This document shows, piece after piece, positions 35,600 to 44,328 of a DNA stretch of 64,000 nucleotides (position 1 is its first letter; every line of letters begins with the position of its first letter). The notes beneath the pieces are model-generated. The model made no database searches and was not told the DNA's origin. It saw nothing but the letters and a program-made list of their open reading frames with translations. The position numbers were made by a program, and so were the translations under genes. The DNA comes from Anaerolineales bacterium (GTDB lineage: Bacteria > Chloroflexota > Anaerolineae > Anaerolineales > UBA11579), in NCBI GenBank assembly GCA_019637675.1, contig JAHBVE010000003.1, forward strand, positions 473,568 to 537,567. Reading direction: 5' to 3'.

Positions 35600-37240
35600 A
35601 TGCCATCATCACAGAATAGATCCATCATTTGGGCAGGCTTCGTACTGGGCGGGCTTGCTACGGCAGCCTTGGTTGGTGTACTGGCCCTGGCTGAGCCATT
35701 GCTGGGCACGCCCTTCTTCCCCTTCGACCTTTTTGACGTCATGGCGCGTGTGCTGCCGGGCGGGCTGATCCGCTTTGTCATCGAGAATATGGTGGCCGTC
35801 ATTCAGTTCCTGCAGCGCTTCCTGCCCATCGGCGACACCTCCACCGCGGCCAAGCTGGCCGAGCAGTCAATTGCAGTGGTGCAATTCATCGCCGCGGGCG
35901 CGGGGTTCGGTGCGCTGCTGGCCTGGCTGCAGCGCAAGGGCAGCGGCATCCAAACCTATGGCTTGATCGGCGGCCTGCTGCTGCTGGCCTTCACGCTGAT
36001 GGTGCATGCCCAGCTGGGCATTGCGGCCGGCCTGGGCAGCCTGGCGCTGGCGGTGTTGTACCTGGCCTGGGGTGCGGGCATTGCCAGGCTGGTGCAGGCG
36101 TATGCGGCCCGGCCGGATGCGGCGGCCGCCGCGCCCGAACTTTCGCGGCGCCAGTTCCTGGCAGTCAGCGGCGCGGGCCTGGCCGCGACGGCGCTCGGCG
36201 CCTGGGGCGCCAGCCGCCTGTTCGGCACGCAGGCCATGCCGCCGCGCACCGACAGCACGCCCGTGCCGGTGAGCGAGGATGACCCGTTCGGGGCGCGGCT
36301 CACCAGCGGGCCGGCGCAATCGCCCTCGCCGGAGGAGCTGGCGGCGCGTCAGGCGCCGGTGCGCGGCACGCGGCCGGAGCTGACCGCCAATGACGACTTC
36401 TACCGCATCGACATTAACACGCGTCCGCCCCAACTGAGCGAAGATGCCTGGCAACTGCAAATTGGCGGCCTGGTGGATACACCGATGCAATTCACACTGC
36501 AGCAACTGCGTGACCTGCCTGCGCAGACCCAGATCCTGACCATGCAGTGCATCTCCAACACGGTGGGCGGGGATCTGACCAGCTCCTCGCGCTGGACCGG
36601 TGTGCGTTTCAAAGACGTGCTGGCCATCACAGGCATTCAGTCAGGGGCAGCCGGCGCTTACATCACCTCGGCGGATGGGTTTTACGAATTCGTCACCATG
36701 CAAGATGTTGAGGACGAGCGCACCCTGCTGGTATATGCGATGAACGACGAGCCGCTGCCGTACGAGCACGGCTTCCCGCTGCGCATCTACATTCCCAACC
36801 GCTATGGCATGAAGCAGCCCAAGTGGATCCAGTGGATCGAGCTGGTGCCGGAGCGCGTCGACGGCTACTGGGTTGACCGCGGCTGGGACCGCGAGGCCTT
36901 GGCTCACACGGTGTCCGTGATCGACACGGTGGTGGTCGACCCGGATGTGGGTGAGACCGGCCAGGCCACCTGCGGCGGGATCGCCTGGGCTGGCACGCGC
37001 GGCATCAGCCGCGTCGAGGTAAAGGTGGATGAGGCCGAATGGCTGCCGGCCGAGCTGATCGCGCCGCCACTCAGCGAATTGAACTGGATCCTGTGGAAGT
37101 TCAGCTTCCCGTATGTGATGGGCCGGCGTGTGCTGCAGGTGCGCGCCTATGACAGCGCCGGCCAGCCGCAGGAAACGCGCAATGCACCGCCAGCGCCCAG
37201 CGGCGCCACCGGCATCCATCAGATCGTCGTGACGATATAA
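35600..37240 (+). CDS. Sulfite-oxidase-fold molybdopterin oxidoreductase fused to an N-terminal polytopic membrane domain
   Basis: The C-terminal domain has FYRIDINT, the Mo-Cys context LTMQCISNTVGG, and PLRIYIPNRYGMKQPKWIQWIEL. The N-terminal roughly 190 aa contain about 4 TM segments followed by SRRQFLAVSGAGLAATALGA. GGAG lies 5 nt before ATG 35600; a TTG at 35546 is an alternative start. Confidence 0.8.
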   Translation: MPSSQNRSIIWAGFVLGGLATAALVGVLALAEPLLGTPFFPFDLFDVMARVLPGGLIRFVIENMVAVIQFLQRFLPIGDTSTAAKLAEQSIAVVQFIAAGAGFGALLAWLQRKGSGIQTYGLIGGLLLLAFTLMVHAQLGIAAGLGSLALAVLYLAWGAGIARLVQAYAARPDAAAAAPELSRRQFLAVSGAGLAATALGAWGASRLFGTQAMPPRTDSTPVPVSEDDPFGARLTSGPAQSPSPEELAARQAPVRGTRPELTANDDFYRIDINTRPPQLSEDAWQLQIGGLVDTPMQFTLQQLRDLPAQTQILTMQCISNTVGGDLTSSSRWTGVRFKDVLAITGIQSGAAGAYITSADGFYEFVTMQDVEDERTLLVYAMNDEPLPYEHGFPLRIYIPNRYGMKQPKWIQWIELVPERVDGYWVDRGWDREALAHTVSVIDTVVVDPDVGETGQATCGGIAWAGTRGISRVEVKVDEAEWLPAELIAPPLSELNWILWKFSFPYVMGRRVLQVRAYDSAGQPQETRNAPPAPSGATGIHQIVVTI

Positions 37241-37272
37241 AAAAAAGCCTCCCGTTCGGGAGGCTTTTTTTT
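37239..37272. terminator. Bidirectional intrinsic terminator
   Basis: A8, AGCCTCCCG-TT-CGGGAGGCT, then T8. It lies between convergent genes. Confidence 0.8.
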
Positions 37273-37289
37273 GACATCAAGTGTTTGGC

Positions 37290-37697
37290 TTACTGAACCT
37301 GGAAGGTCAGCGTGGTCTCGAGGTCGCCATTCAGGTAGAGATCAACCTTGTAGGAGCCATTCGGCCACAGCATGCCGGTGTTGGCCAGGTCAAAGGTGAG
37401 GATGGCGTCGCCGCTCTGGATGCTGACCTCATCGATCAGGGTGTTGGGGGACTCGCCGTCCACGTTCACCGCGGTCCATACGGCGCGCACTTCGGTGCTG
37501 TCAGACGCGTTGGCCAGGTCCACGATGGCGTAGAAAATGTCCTCGGGGCCGTAGACCGTGGTGGGCTGGGTGCCGGCCGAGTCGTAAGCCATGTAGGCTT
37601 CCTGGAAGTTGGCCGTGCTGGCGCTAAAACCACAAGCCAGGGCGGTGATCGCCAGAACTGCAACTGCCAGTAAAACTTTGAAATTGACGTTCTTCAT
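37290..37697 (-). CDS. Hypothetical lipoprotein
   Basis: The signal peptide carries a lipobox (AITALAC|G). The 135-aa protein is beta-rich, and no family is recognised. Confidence 0.6.
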   Translation of the reverse strand: MKNVNFKVLLAVAVLAITALACGFSASTANFQEAYMAYDSAGTQPTTVYGPEDIFYAIVDLANASDSTEVRAVWTAVNVDGESPNTLIDEVSIQSGDAILTFDLANTGMLWPNGSYKVDLYLNGDLETTLTFQVQ

Positions 37698-37750
37698 CTT
37701 TCTCCTAACGTACAGTGTTGCACAAGTTAACTGATTTTAGTCCCATCTTG

Positions 37751-38191
37751 TTACTTGCTGGGAGTGTTATCTGCTTCAGCATCTGGTTCAGGGGCTGGCG
37801 GCGTAAGCTCCAATTCCACCGAGCCTTCCATCTGGATCTGGCCGCGCAGGAACGCGCCTTCCTCAGTGGACATCGAAACGGTGACCACGTCACCCCACAC
37901 GCGTCCGGTGGCGCGGATCTCAACCTTCTCGGCCAGGATGTCACCGCGCATCGCGCCGGCCACGATGACGTGGCGGGCGCGCAGCTGCTCGCAGGTCACG
38001 CGGCCGGTCTGGCCGATGACCAGCAAGCCGTCAAGCTCGATCTCGCCCTCGAAGGCGCCTTCCACGCGCACGCCGCCGCTGCCGGTCAGCTTGCCGCGCA
38101 GGTTGATGCCATCCGCCACCACGGAGGTGATGCGCTCAGTGGGCGGCGGGGCGGCCTGCTCTTTGGAAACGCTGGCTTTGCGGCGGAACAT
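37751..38191 (-). CDS. Bactofilin (polymer-forming cytoskeletal protein, DUF583)
   Basis: It has the repetitive beta-helix pattern INLRGKLTGSGGVRVEGAFEGEIELDGLLVIGQTGRVTCE...GAMRGDILAEKVEIRATGRVWGDV. Confidence 0.8.
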   Translation of the reverse strand: MFRRKASVSKEQAAPPPTERITSVVADGINLRGKLTGSGGVRVEGAFEGEIELDGLLVIGQTGRVTCEQLRARHVIVAGAMRGDILAEKVEIRATGRVWGDVVTVSMSTEEGAFLRGQIQMEGSVELELTPPAPEPDAEADNTPSK

Positions 38192-38994
38192 CAGGCGGCG
38201 GGCGCCCCTTCTTCGCCGCTGTTGTCAGCGATGCCTACGGTGTTGAAGCCGGAGTCGACGTACATGATCTCACCCGTGATGCGCTTGGAGTGGTCCGACG
38301 CGAAGAACAAGGCAGCGTTGCCTACATCTTCGATCGTCACGTTCTCGCGCAGCGGGGCGGCTTCGGCGAACTTGTTGTACAGGCCCTTGAAGCCCGAGAC
38401 GCCGGAGGCGGCCAGGGTGCGGATGGGGCCGGCCGAGATAGCGTTCACGCGGATCTTGCGCGGCCCAAAATCGCGCGCCAGGTAGCGCACCGAGGATTCC
38501 AAGGCGGCTTTGGCGACGCCCATCACGTTGTAGCTGGGCACGGCCTTTTGGGAGCCGTAATAGGTCATGGTCATCAAGGAGGCCCATTCCGGCAGGTAGG
38601 GTTCGAACGCGCCCGCCAGGGCCGTAAAGGAATACACGCTGATGTCCATGGCGGTGTGGAAGCCGGCGCGAGTGGTGTTGTAGTACGGGCCGCTCAGCTC
38701 CTCACGGTTGGCGAAGGCCACGGCGTGCACCAGAATATCGATCTTGCCGTAGACCTTGTGGGCCTTCTCGGCCACGCTGGCAATATCTTCGTCCTTGGTG
38801 ACGTCGCAGGATTCGATGAATTTGCTGTTGATCGACTGGCCCAGGGGCTCGGCGCGCTTCTTGAGCACATCCCCGGCGTAGCTGATGCCGACATCGGCGC
38901 CGTTCTCATGCAGCGCCTTGGCGACACCCCAGGCGATCGAGCGCTCGTTGGCTACCCCGAAGATCAGGGCGGTTTTTCCTTGCAGTAAGCTCAT
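38191..38994 (-). CDS. fabI: Enoyl-[acyl-carrier-protein] reductase (NADH), FabI
   Basis: LQGKTALIFGVANERSIAWG...ILVHAVAFA...YNVMGVAKAALESSVRYLA...IRVNAISAGPIRT. Confidence 0.9.
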   Translation of the reverse strand: MSLLQGKTALIFGVANERSIAWGVAKALHENGADVGISYAGDVLKKRAEPLGQSINSKFIESCDVTKDEDIASVAEKAHKVYGKIDILVHAVAFANREELSGPYYNTTRAGFHTAMDISVYSFTALAGAFEPYLPEWASLMTMTYYGSQKAVPSYNVMGVAKAALESSVRYLARDFGPRKIRVNAISAGPIRTLAASGVSGFKGLYNKFAEAAPLRENVTIEDVGNAALFFASDHSKRITGEIMYVDSGFNTVGIADNSGEEGAPAA

Positions 38995-39010
38995 GTTCTC
39001 TCCTCTTTGT

Positions 39011-39619
39011 TTATTGGCCGTCGGCCAATGGCAGGTCTGCCAAAAATCGCCAAGGTTTGCTCAGCCAGGGCTCGGGCGTGGCCCCCAAACCCACACGGGG
39101 GCCGGTGCGCACATGGCGGTCTGCCACGGCTTGGCCACGCTCGATGAAGATTATAGCCTTCGGGTCGGTGAGGCTTAGGCGGTTGTGCCGGCCTGTGATG
39201 CCAAAAGCCTGGGTCAGTTTGCCGGGGCCATTGGTCCACAAGGCGGCTGGGCGGCCCTTGCGCCGCCTGGCAATGAGTTCTAACCCCTCAAGCGGCTGCA
39301 CGGCGCGTATGAGGACGGCATGCGGCACATCCTCCGGCTGGGCGACCACGTTCAGCATCCAGTGGTTGCCATAGGTGAAATACACATAGGTGAAGCCCGG
39401 CGGGCCGTACAGCGGCTCGGTGCGCTGGGTGCGCCCGGCGCGGGCGTGGCAGGCCAGGTCGCCCTCGCCGCAGTAGGCTTCGGTTTCGGTGATGATGCCG
39501 GTGATGCGGCGCACGCGGCCGTTGATGCGCTGCAGGTGCACCAGGCGCTGGCCCAGCAGGCCGCGGGCCACCTGCAGGGTGGATTGCTCGTAAAAGGAGT
39601 GGGGCAAGCGTGGGGCCAT
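39011..39619 (-). CDS. mpg: DNA-3-methyladenine glycosylase (AAG/MPG family)
   Basis: 202 aa from ATG 39619. FYEQSTLQVARGLLGQRLV...GIITETEAYCGEGDLACHA...PGFTYVYFTYGNHWMLNVV matches the family. The upstream ORF extension is trimmed. Confidence 0.85.
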   Translation of the reverse strand: MAPRLPHSFYEQSTLQVARGLLGQRLVHLQRINGRVRRITGIITETEAYCGEGDLACHARAGRTQRTEPLYGPPGFTYVYFTYGNHWMLNVVAQPEDVPHAVLIRAVQPLEGLELIARRRKGRPAALWTNGPGKLTQAFGITGRHNRLSLTDPKAIIFIERGQAVADRHVRTGPRVGLGATPEPWLSKPWRFLADLPLADGQ

Positions 39620-39620
39620 G

Positions 39621-40379
39621 CTAGGCCGCCGGTTGGGTGGCCAGCGGCCCGGGCAGCAGGCCGAGCAGGTCTGCGATGGCGCTGATCTGACCGACGTCTG
39701 GGTCTTCGTACAGACTGTTCCAGTTGAGTAGCAGGCATTGCAGGCCGGCGCCGCGCGCGCCGAGCACATCGGCGTAATAGTTGTCGCCCACGTAGAGGAC
39801 GCTGTCTTTGCTGACGCCCAGAAAATCGATCATGCGCAGGAAGATCTGCTTGTCTGGCTTGTAGGCGCCCAGTTGGCTAGCGGCCAAAAAGAAATCCATA
39901 TGCAGGTCCAGGGCCATGGCGTTCATCTCGGCGTGCACGGGTTTGGGGCGGTTGGTGAGCAGGCCAATGCGGTAGCCGCGTTGGCGCAAGGTCGCCAGGG
40001 CGGCACGCGTCTCGGGCAGCACATGGCTGACGGGCGAATAGTTCTCGCGCATGTACTCGTGCACCTGGGCGGCGTACTGCTGGGCCTGTTGCTCGTCAAA
40101 GCCCAGCGAGAGCAGGCTGCGCACGCCGTAGTTCACCCAGAATTCCTGCGTGCCTTCTTTGTAAGCGGTGATGTCAGCTTTGAGATCATCTGAGCTGGCC
40201 CAGTATTGGTGCTCCCACAACTGGCCGGCGCGGCGCTCTTCCGCGGTGAGCGGGCGGCCGCGCAGGGTTTCTGCAAAGTCAGAGATGAAGGCATGCGCAT
40301 GTGGCTCGTTGTAGCGCAGGGTGTCATCCAGGTCAAAGACGATCGTTCGGATGGGTTTCGGATCCAGAGGCTTAACCAC
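39621..40379 (-). CDS. HAD-superfamily hydrolase
   Basis: Motif I is IVFDLDDTL, and motifs LLTNRP and YVGDNYYADVLGA are present. A GTG (40379) or TTG (40382) start overlaps the moaA stop. Confidence 0.75.
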   Translation of the reverse strand: MVKPLDPKPIRTIVFDLDDTLRYNEPHAHAFISDFAETLRGRPLTAEERRAGQLWEHQYWASSDDLKADITAYKEGTQEFWVNYGVRSLLSLGFDEQQAQQYAAQVHEYMRENYSPVSHVLPETRAALATLRQRGYRIGLLTNRPKPVHAEMNAMALDLHMDFFLAASQLGAYKPDKQIFLRMIDFLGVSKDSVLYVGDNYYADVLGARGAGLQCLLLNWNSLYEDPDVGQISAIADLLGLLPGPLATQPAA

Positions 40380-41382
40380 CAATGTAAGACATCTCCACTT
40401 TCGGCAGGGCTGCGGTGTTGGCTGAGCGCAGCTCAGAATAACGGTCGGTGCGTTTTTGCCACACCGCGGCGATGGCGGCCTGCAGGGCGGCATTATCTGC
40501 GCCGCGGCGCAGCAGGCCGCGCAGGTCAGCCCCGCCTACCGCGAACAGGCAGGTGAACAGCCGCCCGTCGGCCGAGATGCGCGCCCGGCTGCAATCTCCG
40601 CAGAACGGTTGCGAGACGGAGGCGATGATGCCGATCTCGCCGCTGCCGTCCGCGTAACGGTAACGCTCGGCTACTTCGCCGCGGTAGTTGGCTTCCAATG
40701 GCTCCAGCGGCAGCTCGGCCTGGATGATGTCCACCATCTGGCGGGCGGTGAGCACATCGTCCATGCGCCAGCCGTTGCTGTGGCCTACGTCCATGTATTC
40801 GATCAGGCGCAGGATGTGCCCATGCTGGCGGAAGTAGCGTGCCATCGGCAGGATGGCATGCTCGTTCACGCCGCGCTTGACCACCATATTGACCTTGACC
40901 GGGGCGAAGCCGGCGCGGGCGCTCTCGGCGATCCACTCCAGCACGCGCTCGACCGGGAAGTCAACATCGTTCATGCGCTTGAAGGTTTCATCGTCCAGCG
41001 CGTCCAGGCTGACGGTCATGCGCTTCAGGCCGGCCGCCTTCAGGCTGTGCACGCGCTCCAGCGGGAAAGAGCCATTGGTGGTGAGCGCAATGTCCTGCAC
41101 GCCGGGCACGGCGGCCAGGCGGGCGATCAGGCTCTCCAGGTCTTTGCGCATGAGCGGCTCACCGCCGGTGAGGCGTACTTTGCGCACGCCCAGCGCCACG
41201 AAGGCGCGGGTCAGTTGCTCGATCTCGTCGAAGCTGAGCAGCTGCTCCTGCGGCAAAAATTGGTATTGCTTGCCAAAGACCTCTTTGGGCATGCAGTAGG
41301 TGCAGCGGAAATTGCAGCGATCAGTGACTGAGATGCGCAGGTCGTGCAGCGGGCGGGCGAATGTGTCTACCAGAGTACTCAT
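40372..41382 (-). CDS. moaA: GTP 3',8-cyclase MoaA (radical SAM)
   Basis: LRISVTDRCNFRCTYCMP (CxxxCxxC), with the C-terminal cluster CGDCSRARISADGRLFTC and a terminal GG. Confidence 0.9.
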   Translation of the reverse strand: MSTLVDTFARPLHDLRISVTDRCNFRCTYCMPKEVFGKQYQFLPQEQLLSFDEIEQLTRAFVALGVRKVRLTGGEPLMRKDLESLIARLAAVPGVQDIALTTNGSFPLERVHSLKAAGLKRMTVSLDALDDETFKRMNDVDFPVERVLEWIAESARAGFAPVKVNMVVKRGVNEHAILPMARYFRQHGHILRLIEYMDVGHSNGWRMDDVLTARQMVDIIQAELPLEPLEANYRGEVAERYRYADGSGEIGIIASVSQPFCGDCSRARISADGRLFTCLFAVGGADLRGLLRRGADNAALQAAIAAVWQKRTDRYSELRSANTAALPKVEMSYIGG

Positions 41383-41384
41383 AA

Positions 41385-41416
41385 TAAAAAGAGGCGCAGT
41401 GAAGCACTACGCCTCT
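41385..41416 (-). terminator. Hairpin plus U-run terminator of the upstream membrane-protein gene, ending about 10 nt before the moaA ATG
   Basis: On the minus strand it reads AGAGGCG-N13-CGCCTCT followed by TTTTATTATG, where the ATG is the moaA start. Confidence 0.55.
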
Positions 41417-41451
41417 GGTGATGCTCACTTAATGCGAATTATATCGCGCCG

Positions 41452-41994
41452 CTATTGCTCGATGATGTCTGGCTTGCGGTCGGCGCGTTTCTCCTGAAAG
41501 TTGCGCACCAGGATGGAAATGCCCACCGCGATCAGGATCAACGGCCACAGGGTCGAAAGCCAGTCCGTGCCGCCCAGAATGCCGCTGAAGAAGACGAACA
41601 AGGCCGCACTGAAAGCGACGGCGGTCAGGCCTTCACGCAGGCCGGCAAAGAAGCGGCCCTCCAGCAGGTTCTTGATGAGCGTGCCCACGCCGATGAAGCC
41701 TGGGATGAGCGTCCACATGTATGACCAGCTGCCCCAATCGCCCGACTGGTTCTGGTAGTAGAAGATGCCGCCCAGGCCGGCCAGGATGGCGGCCGGAACG
41801 GCGAGGCCGGGTGAGCGGAACAAGACGCTGAGCAGCAGCACCAGCGCGCCCACGCCCACGAGCAGCATGGGCCACTCTACATCGAACTGGATGAGGCTGC
41901 CAAGCTCCGGGAAAAAGCGCTGCGCCAGGAACCAGCCGCCGGCCAGCAGCAGCAAAACGCCGATGACGGCGTTGCCATTGCGATTCGTGTCCAT
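41452..41994 (-). CDS. Hypothetical polytopic membrane protein
   Basis: 180 aa with five or six hydrophobic segments and a basic C-terminus. No confident family assignment. Confidence 0.5.
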   Translation of the reverse strand: MDTNRNGNAVIGVLLLLAGGWFLAQRFFPELGSLIQFDVEWPMLLVGVGALVLLLSVLFRSPGLAVPAAILAGLGGIFYYQNQSGDWGSWSYMWTLIPGFIGVGTLIKNLLEGRFFAGLREGLTAVAFSAALFVFFSGILGGTDWLSTLWPLILIAVGISILVRNFQEKRADRKPDIIEQ

Positions 41995-42044
41995 AGTGTT
42001 ACCTCCAGCTTATATACGCAGTATGCGCGTGCGCGTTGCGAACG

Positions 42045-42962
42045 CTAGCCTTGCTTTTGCTTCGCCAGGCGCTCACGGAACACGCCCGCCACTCCCAATA
42101 GCACCAGCAGACTGCCGCCAATCGTGTAGACCGTGATCTCCTCGCCCAATACGAAGTAGCCCAATAGTAGCGCCAGCACCGGGTTGACGTAAGCATACGT
42201 CATCACGATGCGGGTCGGCAATAGCTTGAGCGCGATCACGTAGGAAGTGAACGCCAATGTACCGAAGATCACCAGATAGCCCCAAGCCAGCCAGGCTTCT
42301 GTGTTGGGTGTGGGCGCCGGCTCCTTGAGCAACAGCGCCAGGATGCCGAAGCCGATCGAACCGAACAGCATTTGGTAGGCCGAGCTGACCCGCGGCGCCA
42401 GATCGAGCTGGTTGCGCGCCTGGTATACCGAGCCGCTCGACCAGGCCATGGCCGCCACCAGCAGCGCCAACGTGGCGATCGCATCCGCATGCACGCCGCT
42501 GGAGAGCGAAGGCAGCGTGAGCACCACAATGCCGCCGAAGCCGATCAGCAGCGAGATGAACAGCAATGGCGAAGGCAGCTTGCGATCCCATACCGCCTCG
42601 ACCACCGCGGCCCAGATGGGCGAAGCGGCCACCAGCAGCGCTGCCAGGCCGGACTCGGTGCGTTGCTCAGCAAAGGTGACCAGGCCGTTTCCGGCCACCC
42701 ACAGCAGGATGCCAGAGACCAGCAGGGTCAGCCCCTCCCGCCGGGTAATGCGGATGCGCTCTTTCTTGAAGTAGCTCCAGGTGAAGAGGATCAGGCAGCC
42801 GAGCGCGGCGCGCATCAGGCCCATGGTGAACGGCGGGAAGCCGGCGCCCTCGCGCACCGCGATGCGGATGGCCAGGTAGGTGCTGCTCCAGACAAGATAG
42901 ACGACCAGCAGGTTGGCCAGCCCGTTGCGGTTCAGGCCCTGCGATTGTGTATTGGTTTTCAT
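42045..42962 (-). CDS. EamA/DMT-family transporter
   Basis: 305 aa with ten TM segments, showing the duplicated EamA pattern. Confidence 0.8.
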   Translation of the reverse strand: MKTNTQSQGLNRNGLANLLVVYLVWSSTYLAIRIAVREGAGFPPFTMGLMRAALGCLILFTWSYFKKERIRITRREGLTLLVSGILLWVAGNGLVTFAEQRTESGLAALLVAASPIWAAVVEAVWDRKLPSPLLFISLLIGFGGIVVLTLPSLSSGVHADAIATLALLVAAMAWSSGSVYQARNQLDLAPRVSSAYQMLFGSIGFGILALLLKEPAPTPNTEAWLAWGYLVIFGTLAFTSYVIALKLLPTRIVMTYAYVNPVLALLLGYFVLGEEITVYTIGGSLLVLLGVAGVFRERLAKQKQG

Positions 42963-42973
42963 CGTTCCTCAGT

Positions 42974-43867
42974 TTACTTCGCCGCGGCCACGCTGTGCAC
43001 GCGGCTGCGGTGCACGATCACAACGCCGAGCAGGACCGCCAGCGCGCCCAGCCATTCGCCGCGTGACAGCCATTCGCCCAGGATCGGCCCGGCGATGATG
43101 GCGGTCAGGATGGGTTGGCTCAGCAGGGTGGGCGACACCATGGATGCGGGCAGGTGGCCCTGCGCATAGTTCAGCAGCATCCAGCCGCCGCCTTGCACGA
43201 ACAGCCCGAGCATTAGCAGATATATGTACGTCTGCTGCGAATAGCCGGTCAGCGGCGCGCCTACAGCCAAGCAGAAGATCAGCAACAGCACGCTGCCCAC
43301 TGCCGCCGTAAGCCAGAAGAATGAGAAGGTGTCCAGCTGCTCGCGCCCGCGTTGCGCCACCAGCATATAGGCGGCATAGAAGAACGAGCCGATCAGGCCC
43401 AGCATGCCGCCGCGGTTGATCTCGAACTCTGCGCCCAGGTCGAGCCCGAGCACGACCAGCGCGCCCAGCATCGCCAGCGCCAGGCCCAGCCAGAAGGTCG
43501 GCTTGAGCTTCTCGCGGAAGATAAAGAACGCGCCCAGCCCAACCCACAGCGGGGCGGCGTTGCCCAACAGGGTGGGGATGGTGGCGCCGCCATAGTTGAC
43601 CCCGCTGGACCATACAGCCAGGTCGATCGCCAGGAACAGGCCGGCCAGCCCGCCCAGCCACAGGCCGCGCCGCGTCAGCCGGGGTTGCTTGCGCCGGCTG
43701 AGCGCGAAGGGCACGCCCAGCGCCACCGCAGCGATGCCCATGCGGTACAGGCTGGTCACGCTGCCGGGTGTTTCGGCCAGACGGGTGAAGATGGCCGAGG
43801 TGGCAATGATCATTGTGCCCAGGGCCAGCGCCAGGTAGGCTTTCCAGAGCGATTTGGTTTCAGACAT
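42974..43867 (-). CDS. EamA/DMT-family transporter
   Basis: 297 aa with ten TM segments. It lies in tandem with the preceding EamA gene. Confidence 0.8.
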   Translation of the reverse strand: MSETKSLWKAYLALALGTMIIATSAIFTRLAETPGSVTSLYRMGIAAVALGVPFALSRRKQPRLTRRGLWLGGLAGLFLAIDLAVWSSGVNYGGATIPTLLGNAAPLWVGLGAFFIFREKLKPTFWLGLALAMLGALVVLGLDLGAEFEINRGGMLGLIGSFFYAAYMLVAQRGREQLDTFSFFWLTAAVGSVLLLIFCLAVGAPLTGYSQQTYIYLLMLGLFVQGGGWMLLNYAQGHLPASMVSPTLLSQPILTAIIAGPILGEWLSRGEWLGALAVLLGVVIVHRSRVHSVAAAK

Positions 43868-44022
43868 AAGCCTCGGATTCTAATTGATGAAGCTCTATAG
43901 GAACACCGGCACACGCTGGCGAGTTGCTTCGTTTGCTAATTCAGTTCTGATATTGCATCACTAAAATTGAAAATACTCGCACAGGTATAATGCCTTAAGC
44001 GCGAGTGCTGGAGGCATACCAA

Positions 44023-44325
44023 ATGGAAGAAAACAACAAGCCTGAAATACTGGTGGAGCGTGACCAACGCGGCACCCCCAGTGGCCTGGGCACTCAATTC
44101 AAGCTTTTGCTGCGGCTCATGCGTGACCCGCGCGTCAGCCCGCTCCTCAAAGTCCTGCCTGTCGGCGCGGTGGTCTATCTGTTCTCGCCTGACCTGATCC
44201 CCATGATCCTGGACGATGCTGTGGTGCTGGGCGTAGGCTTCTATGCATTCATTGAGCTGTGCCCGCCGGATGTTGTGGCCGAGCACCGCGCCGCGCTGGC
44301 CGCCGAAGCGGCGAGAGGCAGCTAA
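44023..44325 (+). CDS. DUF1232 (YkvA-like) membrane protein
   Basis: FKLLLRLMRDPRVSPLLKVLPVGAVVYLFSPDLIPMILDDAVVLGVG is the DUF1232 core. GGAGG lies 8 nt before ATG 44023; a GTG at 44005 is an alternative start. Confidence 0.65.
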   Translation: MEENNKPEILVERDQRGTPSGLGTQFKLLLRLMRDPRVSPLLKVLPVGAVVYLFSPDLIPMILDDAVVLGVGFYAFIELCPPDVVAEHRAALAAEAARGS

Positions 44326-44328
44326 CCC

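Noticed and set aside
41383-41451. A possible Moco riboswitch upstream of moaA.
   Set aside because: The spacer is only 69 nt and is mostly occupied by a simple terminator hairpin. The Moco RNA motif is roughly twice that length, and I see none of its conserved features.
43967-43991. TTGAAA ... TATAAT upstream of the DUF1232 genes as a promoter.
   Set aside because: The -10 hexamer is consensus but the spacer to the only -35-like hexamer is 13 nt, which is too short. There is not enough support to list it.
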